DNA of 54,978 nucleotides from an uncultured Dehalococcoidia bacterium (GCA_964634125.1 CAZWIP010000002.1:1-54978); one strand, 5' to 3'. Positions 28,517-38,858 are shown, numbered from the stretch's first letter. Notes: generated by a model not told the origin, from the letters alone. Translations and numbers: made by a program.

Positions 28517-30373
28517 ATGTCCAGGCTTAATAGTAATCGTGAACTGGAACACCTGCGTGAACAGATTCGCAAGCAAAGAGAAAACATTACCACAACCATA
28601 ATGATATGTGGTGGAACCGGCTGTCAGGCCTCACAATCGCAGGTCGTTATTGAAGCTCTCGGGCAAGAATTATCCCAACAAGGATTGGATTCCAGCGTGC
28701 GCTTGTGCGTCACCGGGTGCCACGGCTTTTGCGAGCAAGGTCCGGTTATGGTCATCGAACCAGAAAATTTGTTCTATTGCCATATTTCGCCGGAGGACGC
28801 TTTCGAAATCGTACATCTTACCATTATGAAGGGCGAGGTGATTGAGCGACTGCTTTACACCGACCCTGTTTCCGGCCAGAAGGTTAAGACCGAATCAGAG
28901 ATTCCTTTTTACCAATCGCAGGATCGGCAAATCCTCTCTCAGAACCGAGGTGTTGATCCTTGCTCGATCGAGGATTACATCGTAGCAGGCGGGTATTCCG
29001 CACTGAACAAGGCAATTAATAATGGCTTATCTCCAGATAACATTATTAGTGAAATCAACGCCTCAGGACTGCGGGGACGTGGTGGTGGCGGATTCCCGAC
29101 CGGCCATAAATGGAACGAGTGTAAAGAGGCTTTTGGGGATGAGAAGTACGTCATCTGTAACGCGGATGAAGGTGATCCCGGGGCCTATATGGACCGATGT
29201 GTACTTGAGGGCAACCCTCACCTGGTCCTGGAAGGCATGATGATTGGCGCTCGGGCAGTCGGCGCTCAAAAAGGATATATCTACGTTCGCAACGAATATC
29301 CTCTGGCTGTAAAGCATTCCAAGATTGCCGTCGAGCAGGCTCGCGAACTGGGTCTTCTTGGCAATAATATTCTAGGCTCATCATTCTCGTTTGACGTGAA
29401 AATTTCCCGTGGAGGAGGAGCTTTTGTCTGTGGAGAATCAACTGCTCTTATGGCTTCCATAGAAGGTAAAGTCGGCGAGCCCCGCGCCAAAGACGTGCAC
29501 ACTGTAGTGGATGGTCTTTATCACAAACCAACAGTACTCAACAATGTCGAGACCTGGGCCAATGTTCCCTCCATCATTTTGAATGGCTCCTCAACGTTTG
29601 CTTCCAAGGGAACACAAGGTAGCAAGGGCACCAAGATTATCGCGCTGACTGGCCGCATCAAAAACACCGGACTGGTTGAAGTAGCGATGGGCACATCCAT
29701 TCGCGAGGTAGTGTTTGATATCGGTGGCGGCGGAATCAACGGCAAAGCAGTAAAAGCAGTCCAGACCGGCGGGCCATCGGGTGGCTGTCTGCCGGTAGAG
29801 AAGTTCGACCTCCCGCTAGACTTTGACGTTCTCTCCGAAGCTGGCTCGATGATCGGCTCAGGCGGTATGGTGGTAATGGATGAAGAGTCCTGCATGGTGG
29901 ACGTTGCCAAGTATTTCCTGACATTCCTACAGGATGAATCATGCGGTAAATGTCTGCCCTGCCGGGTGGGGATCGACCGCATGCTCGAAATAATTACAGC
30001 TGTCACCGATGGTCGAGGAACACCGGAGCAGCTTGACCTCCTGGAAGAATTAGGTGACACCATATCCCAGACTGCTCTATGCGGATTGGGCAAAACCGCG
30101 CCCAATCCGGTTCTTTCCACCTTACGTTATTTCCGTTCGGAATACGAGGCGCATATCACTGAAAAGAAATGTCCTTCCGGAGTTTGTAAAGCTCTGATAA
30201 CATACTCGATTGATCCCGAAAAATGCAACGGATGCGGCGTTTGTTTGAAAGGGTGTGTGTATAATGCCATTACCGGCGAGAAGAAGCAATCGCATGTTAT
30301 TGACGCCCAACTCTGTCAGAAATGCGGGATTTGCCGAAGCGAGTGCAAGTTTGATGCTATTACAGTCATTTGA
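28517..30373 (+). CDS. NuoF/HydB-like NAD(P)H-binding FMN/Fe-S subunit with C-terminal 2x[4Fe-4S] ferredoxin
   Basis: GLRGRGGGGFPTG (FMN/NADH site), ESCGKCLPCR (N3 cluster), an N-terminal extra 2Fe-2S-like domain (CGGTGC...CHGFCEQGP) and a C-terminal CNGCGVCLKGC...CQKCGICRSEC. Confidence 0.8.
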   Translation: MSRLNSNRELEHLREQIRKQRENITTTIMICGGTGCQASQSQVVIEALGQELSQQGLDSSVRLCVTGCHGFCEQGPVMVIEPENLFYCHISPEDAFEIVHLTIMKGEVIERLLYTDPVSGQKVKTESEIPFYQSQDRQILSQNRGVDPCSIEDYIVAGGYSALNKAINNGLSPDNIISEINASGLRGRGGGGFPTGHKWNECKEAFGDEKYVICNADEGDPGAYMDRCVLEGNPHLVLEGMMIGARAVGAQKGYIYVRNEYPLAVKHSKIAVEQARELGLLGNNILGSSFSFDVKISRGGGAFVCGESTALMASIEGKVGEPRAKDVHTVVDGLYHKPTVLNNVETWANVPSIILNGSSTFASKGTQGSKGTKIIALTGRIKNTGLVEVAMGTSIREVVFDIGGGGINGKAVKAVQTGGPSGGCLPVEKFDLPLDFDVLSEAGSMIGSGGMVVMDEESCMVDVAKYFLTFLQDESCGKCLPCRVGIDRMLEIITAVTDGRGTPEQLDLLEELGDTISQTALCGLGKTAPNPVLSTLRYFRSEYEAHITEKKCPSGVCKALITYSIDPEKCNGCGVCLKGCVYNAITGEKKQSHVIDAQLCQKCGICRSECKFDAITVI

Positions 30374-30390
30374 TAAAAAGAGGTGCTAAG

Positions 30391-31077
30391 ATGGAACAAT
30401 ATGTAAATGTTAATATAGATGGAGCCATCATTCGTGCTGTCAAGGGCACCAGTGTGCTCGATACTGCGATCGAATACGGTATCTGCATTCCCCATCTGTG
30501 TCATGTTCCCAATCTATCCGATATTGGCGCGTGTCGGCTATGCATTGTCGAACATGTGGTTAATGGCCGTTCCAAAGTCACCACCTCTTGTACATTGAAC
30601 GTGGAAGAGGGTATGGTGGTACTGACGAGTACGGATAAGATCCGGAAACTGCGCCACAACCTTGCGGAATTACTGGTTGCTCAGGCACCCAATTCTCGTG
30701 CCATTCAGGATATTGCCGTACGTTGCGGAGTCACCGAAGTTCGCTACCCGTTCCGTAATGAGGATTGTGTGTTATGTGGCCGCTGCGTTCGGGTTTGTGA
30801 AGAAATCTGGAAAGCCCGAGCCATCGGGTTTGTAGGAAGAGGAAAGGACCGCCATGTGGATCACCCCTTCGGCATCAGACCTGAGTTCTGCAAGCAATGT
30901 GATAATTGCGTCCAGATTTGTCCTATGACCATCCCCCCCTGTAACGGGCCCATGAAACCCGGGGAGGAGCAACTTTGCGGTCAATGTGAATCGCAGCTCA
31001 TTATTTCTGAGCAAGCACCTGGTGGTTGCGTCTGGTGCGAACTGGGTGAAGGATTTGCCTGCGGACGATACGCCTAG
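30391..31077 (+). CDS. NuoG N-terminal-like Fe-S protein (2Fe-2S plus 4Fe-4S clusters) with no catalytic domain
   Basis: Begins NIDGAIIRAVKGTSVLDTAIEYGICIPHLCH, then CRLC, then CVLCGRCVRVC and CKQCDNCVQICP. It ends after about 228 aa with no hydrogenase, FDH or Mo domain. Confidence 0.7.
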   Translation: MEQYVNVNIDGAIIRAVKGTSVLDTAIEYGICIPHLCHVPNLSDIGACRLCIVEHVVNGRSKVTTSCTLNVEEGMVVLTSTDKIRKLRHNLAELLVAQAPNSRAIQDIAVRCGVTEVRYPFRNEDCVLCGRCVRVCEEIWKARAIGFVGRGKDRHVDHPFGIRPEFCKQCDNCVQICPMTIPPCNGPMKPGEEQLCGQCESQLIISEQAPGGCVWCELGEGFACGRYA

Positions 31078-31218
31078 AAATTCTTCGAGACAGCCTATTC
31101 ATATGCCGTTGCTTGAAATGATTGTTGGAACACAATTGTAAAAACCAGTTTGCACACTACAATACGGCCAGAAATCACCAAGATGATGCAACGAAATTCT
31201 ATGGGGAGGTCATAACTC

Positions 31219-31476
31219 ATGAGTGAGCGAGCTTACGTACTAATCAAGGCAGAAAAGGGCCAGGAGCCTACCGCAGTTACTGAATTGGGCAATAGGCCAG
31301 AATTATTGGCAGTGGATCGCGTGTTTGGTCAGTACGATATTGTGGCATTGATTGAAGCAGAAGATCTTGACGAATTGATTAGAATTGTGGGTGAAGACAT
31401 TGCATCAGCAGAACACGTTATGCGTACAGAAACACTAGTTATAACATCCGGAAGGAAGCCTAGGCCCAAGAGCTGA
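31219..31476 (+). CDS. Stand-alone Lrp/AsnC ligand-binding (RAM) domain protein
   Basis: 85 aa. AYVLIKAEKG...VDRVFGQYDIVALIEAEDLDEL...RTETLVI fits the RAM fold pattern. A possible promoter TTGTAA-16-TACAAT sits at 31136-31163. Confidence 0.6.
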   Translation: MSERAYVLIKAEKGQEPTAVTELGNRPELLAVDRVFGQYDIVALIEAEDLDELIRIVGEDIASAEHVMRTETLVITSGRKPRPKS

Positions 31477-31486
31477 TAAATAGAGA

Positions 31487-31520
31487 AGAGAGGCTTGCAG
31501 ACAATACCACAAGCCTCTCT
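31487..31520. terminator. Bidirectional hairpin between convergent RAM-domain gene and glnA
   Basis: 11-bp perfect inverted repeat AGAGAGGCTTG-N12-CAAGCCTCTCT. The flanking U tracts are weak. Confidence 0.5.
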
Positions 31521-31545
31521 CAGCCGCTTCGATACAGTTTCAAAT

Positions 31546-32880
31546 TTACAGGATCGGCAAATACCTGTTCACTTCATAATCGGTGACCTGCGTTCGGTAT
31601 TGATCCCATTCGATCTTCTTGTTGGCAATGAAGTTTTTGAAAACGTGGTCGCCAAGTGCATCCCGGACCAGTTCACTCTTCTCGGTTAGGAGTATTGCCT
31701 CCTTCAAGGTGCCTGGAAGCATTCCGATTCCCCTGCGCTCCCTTTCTTCATCACTCATTGTATAGACATTTTCCTCCACCGGATCGGGAGCCTTCAATCC
31801 CTTTTCGATGCCATCAAGTCCAGCTGCCAGCATCACCGCAAAAGTAAGGTATGGGTTGCATGCCGGATCCGGAGATCGCATCTCAAGACGGGTAGACTTC
31901 TCTCGGCCGACCCTGTATTCCGGGATCCTGATAAGATCAGATCGATTGCGCTGGGCCCACGAGAGATAAACCGGGGCCTCATATCCCGGAACCAGTCGCT
32001 TGTATGAATTGACCCACTGGTTGCAGATGGAGGTAATTGCCGGCGCATGTTCAAGCAATCCTGCGCAATAGCTCTTGGCCAAATCCGAAAGATGGAAAAG
32101 CGCATCTTTTTCGAAGAAAGCATTGGAATCCCCTTTGAATAATGACTGATGAACGTGCATGCCGCTTCCATTGACGCCGAAAACCGGCTTGGGCATGAAA
32201 GTGGCATATACTCCATACTTCTGTGCCGTTTGTTTTACAACAAGCCGATAAGTCATTACGTTATCTGCCATTGAAAGAGCATCTGTGTATCGCATATCTA
32301 TTTCATGCTGGCTACCGGCTACTTCGTGGTGAGAATATTCAACGCCAATCCCCATCTCTTCAAGGGTAATAACTGTATCCCGTCTGTATTCGGTGGCAGC
32401 ATCTGCGGTCAGATCGAAATACCCAGCCGTATCAAGCATTTCAGTTCCGACAGAATCCTTGAAATAAAAATATTCCAGCTCAGGGCCAACATAAAAGGTA
32501 TAACCCATGTCGGATGCACGCTTTAGCATTTTTTTCAATACGTATCTGGGATCGCCCTCATAAGGCTCACCGGAAGGTTTCACCACATCACAGAACATTC
32601 GGGCCGCGGCACGGTGTTCTTTTGGCCGCCAGGGGAGGAGGCACCAGGTATCAGGATCAGGGAAAGCCATCATGTCACTTTCATCAATTCGGGCATATCC
32701 CTCAATAGAGGATCCGTCAAAGCCCATCCCTTCCTCTAGTGCTCCTTCCAGTTCTTCCACAGTAATGGTGAAGCTCTTCAGGAAACCCAGAATATCCGTG
32801 AACCACATCCTGATGAATTTCACATCATGCTCTTTGGCCATCTGGAGCACATATTCTTTACCTTTTTGTTTGTCAGTCAT
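31546..32880 (-). CDS. glnA: Glutamine synthetase, type I (444 aa, short GSI-alpha-like form)
   Basis: Contains FTDILGFLKSF, GSSIEGY, FMPKPVFGVNGSGMHVHQSLF and NRSDLIRIP, with AGGAGGAGAA as the SD. Confidence 0.9.
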   Translation of the reverse strand: MTDKQKGKEYVLQMAKEHDVKFIRMWFTDILGFLKSFTITVEELEGALEEGMGFDGSSIEGYARIDESDMMAFPDPDTWCLLPWRPKEHRAAARMFCDVVKPSGEPYEGDPRYVLKKMLKRASDMGYTFYVGPELEYFYFKDSVGTEMLDTAGYFDLTADAATEYRRDTVITLEEMGIGVEYSHHEVAGSQHEIDMRYTDALSMADNVMTYRLVVKQTAQKYGVYATFMPKPVFGVNGSGMHVHQSLFKGDSNAFFEKDALFHLSDLAKSYCAGLLEHAPAITSICNQWVNSYKRLVPGYEAPVYLSWAQRNRSDLIRIPEYRVGREKSTRLEMRSPDPACNPYLTFAVMLAAGLDGIEKGLKAPDPVEENVYTMSDEERERRGIGMLPGTLKEAILLTEKSELVRDALGDHVFKNFIANKKIEWDQYRTQVTDYEVNRYLPIL

Positions 32881-32903
32881 TTCTCCTCCTTATTTGCTTG
32901 ACA

Positions 32904-32940
32904 GTATTAGCGTAACAACCAAATGTTACAAACAGATTAC
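32904..32940 (-). promoter_or_regulatory. glnA promoter region with phased GTnAC boxes (box B)
   Basis: The minus strand reads GTAAT-ctgttt-GTAACA-tttggt-TGTTAC-gc-TAATAC. This is an 18-bp perfect palindrome (32912-32929) abutting a -10-like hexamer. Confidence 0.6.
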
Positions 32941-32956
32941 ATCGTTTTTCCAGTTT

Positions 32957-34515
<1,559 letters not shown>

Positions 34516-34554
34516 TGTCAAGCACCTCTTTCTCAAATTTGCTTATCACTGGAG

Positions 34555-34611
34555 ACGATAGTAACAAGCGGATGTTACCATCAAATTACCGTTAGGTTAC
34601 GGTTGTGTTAC
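34555..34611 (-). promoter_or_regulatory. amt promoter region with four phased GTnAC/GTAAT boxes plus an inverted box (box B array)
   Basis: The minus strand reads GTAACA-caacc-GTAACC-taacg-GTAAT-ttgatg-GTAACA-tccgct-TGTTAC-TATCGT. Box starts are spaced 11, 11, 11 and then 13 nt. The palindrome at 34561-34578 has the same form as the one at glnA. Confidence 0.6.
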
Positions 34612-34646
34612 AAGAAAGAAGTTTGAAGGGGGCAAAATGATTGAGG

Positions 34647-35399
34647 TTAAACTTTGAATTTATATCCGACACTCCGCACCGTCTCAATGAATGAATGTCC
34701 GGCATCCTCGATCTTGCTGCGAAGTCGGCGAATATGAACATCAACAGTGCGGTCACCGCCAAAGTAATCGTATCCCCAGATTTCATTGAGCAGGGTATCG
34801 CGGGTAAAAGCAATCCCTTTGCTGCTTGCCAGGAATCTTAGTAATTCATATTCCCTGAAGGATAGATTGACCGTCTTTCCGGCAACAGATACCTCATACT
34901 TGGCCAGGTCGATAACAAGGTCTCCGTGCTTAATCAGGCTATCGCTGTCAATATCTCTTATCCGCCATAAGACCTGTTTGATGCGCATAGCCAGTTCCAC
35001 CGGATCGCATGGTTTAAGGAGGAAATCTTCGATACCGCGGGTGACATCGAATTCAGTCAGGGTATCTTCTGTGATAAGAGCGATTACCGGCAAACCGACT
35101 TCGCTCTTTAGCATTCGGACAAATCCGTATTCACCAGCGTCAGGGGAGGAAAACTCTATATCCGTCAGCAATAGATCAGGTTGGTATTCTTCTATTGCCT
35201 CGATGGCTCCTTTACCGTACGGCACAACAGAACTGCCATAACCTCTAGAAGCCAGTTCAATACATAGCTCCTCCAAAGCATCGCTACCACTGGTGATAAA
35301 CAGTACCTTTGTCCGAACAGTTTGACCCTTGGAGTCGTTCAACTCACTCGAAAACGGAGTTACGGCGCTTCCAGTATTCCGAGTTTTTATGTTAATCAT
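34647..35399 (-). CDS. OmpR/PhoB-family response regulator with atypical receiver (orphan in this window)
   Basis: C-terminal winged helix (LSFREYELLRFLASSKGIAFTRDTLLNEIWG...TVDVHIRRLRSKI). The receiver keeps Asp (LLLTDIEF) and Lys (FLLKPC). It reads FITSGSD where typical receivers have the acidic pair. Confidence 0.8.
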   Translation of the reverse strand: MINIKTRNTGSAVTPFSSELNDSKGQTVRTKVLFITSGSDALEELCIELASRGYGSSVVPYGKGAIEAIEEYQPDLLLTDIEFSSPDAGEYGFVRMLKSEVGLPVIALITEDTLTEFDVTRGIEDFLLKPCDPVELAMRIKQVLWRIRDIDSDSLIKHGDLVIDLAKYEVSVAGKTVNLSFREYELLRFLASSKGIAFTRDTLLNEIWGYDYFGGDRTVDVHIRRLRSKIEDAGHSFIETVRSVGYKFKV

Positions 35400-35417
35400 G
35401 ATGCGTCCTATTCTACA

Positions 35418-36179
35418 CTAAATAGCATATAATCTGCCATAGGGTCTAAGAGAAAGCGCTGAAAGTTTGGAAAATTCACCTCGCCCGATTATTTCCTCTG
35501 CATCGGCACCAAAATAGCTTGCATATTCTTCAATAAGTGGTATTAACACTCTCCAGTCATTTTCATCCAATTCTGCCACGCCGACTTCCTTGCCTAGTTG
35601 ATAATCATTGATCTTCCCTCTCAAGTAAATCACTCCGCCATGCATACCGGTGCCCACAAAATTCGCCCGGTGATATTCTCCTTCAGAGAGATCAAGCCCG
35701 AGCACCACCAAAACCCCTCCAGCCATATATTCACCGAGGAAATCCTGGGAGGAATCTCCAATCACAATAGTCGGTTTTTTGCCTTTGTATTCTTTCATGT
35801 GGATTCCGTTACGATATCCAACGTAATCACGAATAAATATCTTGCCACCTCTGGCAGAAAGACCGGTAATATCCCCGGCATGGCCATGAATGACTATTAG
35901 ACCTTCATCCATGGTATTGCCGGTGCCGTCCTGTGCATTACCATGTACCGTAATTCGGGGTCCTTTCATGAAAGACCCCAATGCGCCACCCGGAGTCCCA
36001 TGTATTTCTATCTCCACCGATGTGTTGAGATTCGTACCGATATACTTCTGACCGTAACAGTTCCGAAGTGTTATGTGCTGTGAGCCATCTGCTACCAATT
36101 CCCTTAGCCGAGCATTCATTTGTCGATGGGTTAGGCCCATAGCATCAATTTCAACTGTTGATTTGGTTGCTGTTACCAT
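35418..36179 (-). CDS. Glutamate synthase domain-3-like protein (GXGXG beta-helix)
   Basis: Repeated GxGxG-type turns (IEIHGTPGGALGSFMKGPRITVHGNAQDGTGNTMDEGLIVIHGHAGD...). Confidence 0.75.
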   Translation of the reverse strand: MVTATKSTVEIDAMGLTHRQMNARLRELVADGSQHITLRNCYGQKYIGTNLNTSVEIEIHGTPGGALGSFMKGPRITVHGNAQDGTGNTMDEGLIVIHGHAGDITGLSARGGKIFIRDYVGYRNGIHMKEYKGKKPTIVIGDSSQDFLGEYMAGGVLVVLGLDLSEGEYHRANFVGTGMHGGVIYLRGKINDYQLGKEVGVAELDENDWRVLIPLIEEYASYFGADAEEIIGRGEFSKLSALSLRPYGRLYAI

Positions 36180-36191
36180 TTTAAACTCCTT

Positions 36192-37697
36192 TCAGTTTCC
36201 AGCCTGCCGGACGCCAAGAACTTCCAGTTCGGTATCGGTCAAGTGAACTCCCCTCAGATGCAATCGATTGCCGCGTACGCTTTCCAGCGCGTTGATCCCC
36301 ATGCCTCCCAGCATGTCTTTTATTTCCAGGCTCCAGCCACGCAGGAGATTGGTAAGCCGTTCAGCTCCAATTTCCGGATTGATCCGTTTGGTCAGAATCG
36401 GATCGGTAGTGCATATACCCCAGGCACATTTCCCCGTAGGACACTGCTGACAAGTAGTGCACCCCAGCGCAACCAGCGCCGAAGTGGCAATGTAAACGGC
36501 ATCCGCACCCAAAATGACCGCTTTCAGGACATCGGTGCTCCGACGAATTCCCCCTGCAACTACCAGTGAAGCTCTGTTACGTATTCCCTCTTCTCTCAAA
36601 CGGGTATCCACTGCTGCCAGGGCCAGTTCAATCGGAATGCCAACATTATCCCGAATTACTTTCGGTGCTGCGCCCGTCGACCCCCTCAGTCCGTCGAGAA
36701 CGATCATGTCTGCCCCGGCGCGAACCATTCCACTGGCGATGGCTGCCGCATTGTGAACCGCTGCTATTTTCACCGAAACTGGCTTAGTGTAGTTTGTTGC
36801 CTCTTTTATCGCATAAACCAGTTGTGCCAGGTCCTCAATTGAATAGATGTCATGCTGTGGAGCCGGGGAGATCGCGTCTGATCCCTGCGGAATCATGCGC
36901 GTCATGGCCACGTCTTCACTCACTTTTTCACCCGGCAAATGCCCACCGATTCCCGGCTTCGCGCCCTGCCCAATTTTTATTTCCGCTATTCTAGCGGCAT
37001 CCAGATATTCAGGATGCACACCGAACCTGCCAGAAGCCACCTGAACAATGGTATTATCGGCATATTTTTGTAGACTACGATGAAACCCACCCTCTCCCGT
37101 GTTCCACATTACACCTGCGGCCGTAGCTGCCCGCGCCAGCGATTCCTGAACATTGAGACTGACCGCACCGTAAGACATGGCAGAAAACATCACCGGAAGG
37201 GCAAGCTCAACCTGAGGCGCAAGGATGGTCTTGAGGTCCATCGTGACCGGATCCAACTCTACCCGCTCCGGTTTGCGCCCAATGAAAGTTGTAAGCTCCA
37301 TCGGCTCACGAAGGGGATCGATGGAAGGATTGCTAACCTGAGCGGCATTCAACAACAGATGATCCCAGTAAACAGGGTATTCCTTATCATTACCCATACC
37401 GGTGAGCAGGATACTCCCCGTTTCAGCCTGCTTCTTGATATCCTCGATAACCTCCGGACGCCAGTTGTAGTTCTGCCGGTAATTGCGGGGATTCTCCCGA
37501 ATTGTAATAGCATTGGTGGGGCAGAATAACATGCATCGATGGCATCCCACGCAATTGTGTTCCCGACTGCATACTTCGTCATCTTCGGGATCGTAATAAT
37601 GTGTTTCAAAGCTGCACTGATTGACGCATACCTGGCATTGAATACAGCGAGTTTGGTCGCGTTCCACTATGAATTTTGCCGGCAAATATGTTTTCAT
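36192..37697 (-). CDS. Glutamate synthase FMN-binding domain (GltB domain 2) with N-terminal 2x[4Fe-4S] ferredoxin (archaeal-type)
   Basis: CIQCQVCVNQC and CVGCHRCMLFCP at the N-terminus, then GEGG, KIGQGAKPGIGGHLPG, DGLRGSTGAAP and the 3Fe-4S-like CTTCQQCPTGKC. Confidence 0.85.
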   Translation of the reverse strand: MKTYLPAKFIVERDQTRCIQCQVCVNQCSFETHYYDPEDDEVCSREHNCVGCHRCMLFCPTNAITIRENPRNYRQNYNWRPEVIEDIKKQAETGSILLTGMGNDKEYPVYWDHLLLNAAQVSNPSIDPLREPMELTTFIGRKPERVELDPVTMDLKTILAPQVELALPVMFSAMSYGAVSLNVQESLARAATAAGVMWNTGEGGFHRSLQKYADNTIVQVASGRFGVHPEYLDAARIAEIKIGQGAKPGIGGHLPGEKVSEDVAMTRMIPQGSDAISPAPQHDIYSIEDLAQLVYAIKEATNYTKPVSVKIAAVHNAAAIASGMVRAGADMIVLDGLRGSTGAAPKVIRDNVGIPIELALAAVDTRLREEGIRNRASLVVAGGIRRSTDVLKAVILGADAVYIATSALVALGCTTCQQCPTGKCAWGICTTDPILTKRINPEIGAERLTNLLRGWSLEIKDMLGGMGINALESVRGNRLHLRGVHLTDTELEVLGVRQAGN

Positions 37698-37709
37698 AAT
37701 AGTTATCCT

Positions 37710-38858
37710 TTACGCCTGTAAGACTTTTTCAGGTGACTGCAATCTCCCAATCACCGGCTGTCCTCCTGTGGGAATCCATGCCCTGTCAAGGTCAGGTTCG
37801 ACAAGCCGAATAGCCGATTCCTCACTGGAAAGATACAACATGCTGCCCTTTTCTCCTACGGTTAACGGACGAAGCCGTATGCGATCCGTGAGGCCGATCA
37901 TTTCACCCTTGTGCGCAATGATTACAGTGAATGGCCCGTTGAGCAAGAGGCCGGAATAAACCTGCCGCAAGGTGCAGCACAGTTCCTGTTCGCCTGCCGG
38001 CATCCGCTTTATATGTTCCCAGAAAGGAGGAGCAAATACTTTTGCGGCTATCTCCATTGGAAGATTGTGTTTTCGAACCAGTAGGTCAATTGCATAGATG
38101 ATGACCTCGGTATCAGTATGCATGGTGCACACATAACCGCGCTCCTCAAGATAGCGCCGATTGGTTCCATAGGAAGATATCTCCCCATTATGAACTACCG
38201 TCCAATCGAGTATGCTGAACGGATGGGCTCCACCCCACCATGCTTGAGTGTTTGTCGGAAATCTGCCGTGGGCGGTCCACAGGTGTCCTTCGTAGTCCTC
38301 AAGCCCGAAATGCTCGGCGATATCTTCCGGGTATCCGACCCCTTTGAAAACACCCATATTTTTCCCGCTGGAGAAAACGAATGCACCTTCGATAAGGGTG
38401 TTGATTTCCATCACCCGGTCTACAACGTAATCATCATCGGATTGGCTTTCGTGTTTGGAACTGCCGACGGTAAGGAAATAGCGCCAGAGTTTCGGTGGAT
38501 TGGAAATTCTGGGAGCTTTGAAAGTCGGAACCTCTTCGACATGATCCCAGTGGAATCTCTCTTTCAGAAAGGATTCCGTCTTTTCCCGCGCCTCGTTGCT
38601 CATGTACATGATATGGAATGCATAGTGATCGAGATGCTTGGGATAGATGCCATAAATGGCGAATCCACCGCCAAGTCCGTTTCCCCGCACATGCATGTTC
38701 CGAATGGCATCGATCACGCGTTTGCCGGAAAAGGGGTTTCCCGAAGTGTCCATTGCCCCAAAGATGGAGCAGGCAGACATCAATTTGTCGTCATTGTATG
38801 GGTTATTGATTGCTGAAAGATTTCTCATTTCATTATCCCTCGTCTGATACATCTTCAA
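37710..38858 (-). CDS. Class II (Ntn) glutamine amidotransferase, glutamate synthase domain-1-like
   Basis: The ACSIFGAMD nucleophile-Cys context follows a short leader, and the GATase_2 core has WTAHGRFPTNT and HNGEISSY. The start may instead be the ATG at 38828, which removes the overlap with the upstream gene. Confidence 0.75.
   Translation of the reverse strand: MKMYQTRDNEMRNLSAINNPYNDDKLMSACSIFGAMDTSGNPFSGKRVIDAIRNMHVRGNGLGGGFAIYGIYPKHLDHYAFHIMYMSNEAREKTESFLKERFHWDHVEEVPTFKAPRISNPPKLWRYFLTVGSSKHESQSDDDYVVDRVMEINTLIEGAFVFSSGKNMGVFKGVGYPEDIAEHFGLEDYEGHLWTAHGRFPTNTQAWWGGAHPFSILDWTVVHNGEISSYGTNRRYLEERGYVCTMHTDTEVIIYAIDLLVRKHNLPMEIAAKVFAPPFWEHIKRMPAGEQELCCTLRQVYSGLLLNGPFTVIIAHKGEMIGLTDRIRLRPLTVGEKGSMLYLSSEESAIRLVEPDLDRAWIPTGGQPVIGRLQSPEKVLQA

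Noticed and set aside
31126-31141. A possible sigma54 -24/-12 element (TGGAAC-N5-TTGTA) lies upstream of the RAM-domain gene.
   Set aside because: The -12 GC dinucleotide is missing and no enhancer-binding protein is nearby. A sigma70-like TTGTAA-16-TACAAT fits better.
32912-32929. I considered whether GTAACA-N6-TGTTAC is a cyanobacterial NtcA site (GTA-N8-TAC) or a Bacillus TnrA/GlnR site (TGTNA-N7-TNACA).
   Set aside because: The spacing is wrong for both: here it is GTA-N12-TAC, and the best TGTNA/TNACA reading has N8. No CRP-family NtcA or MerR-family TnrA gene is in the window, whereas an OmpR-family regulator is adjacent to one site.
37710-38858. The Ntn-amidotransferase nucleophile Cys is not at position 2; the sequence reads ...KLMSACSIFG.
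   Set aside because: Propeptides that are removed to expose Cys1 are known in this family (for example PurF and GltB), and the start codon is uncertain. This is not evidence of inactivation.
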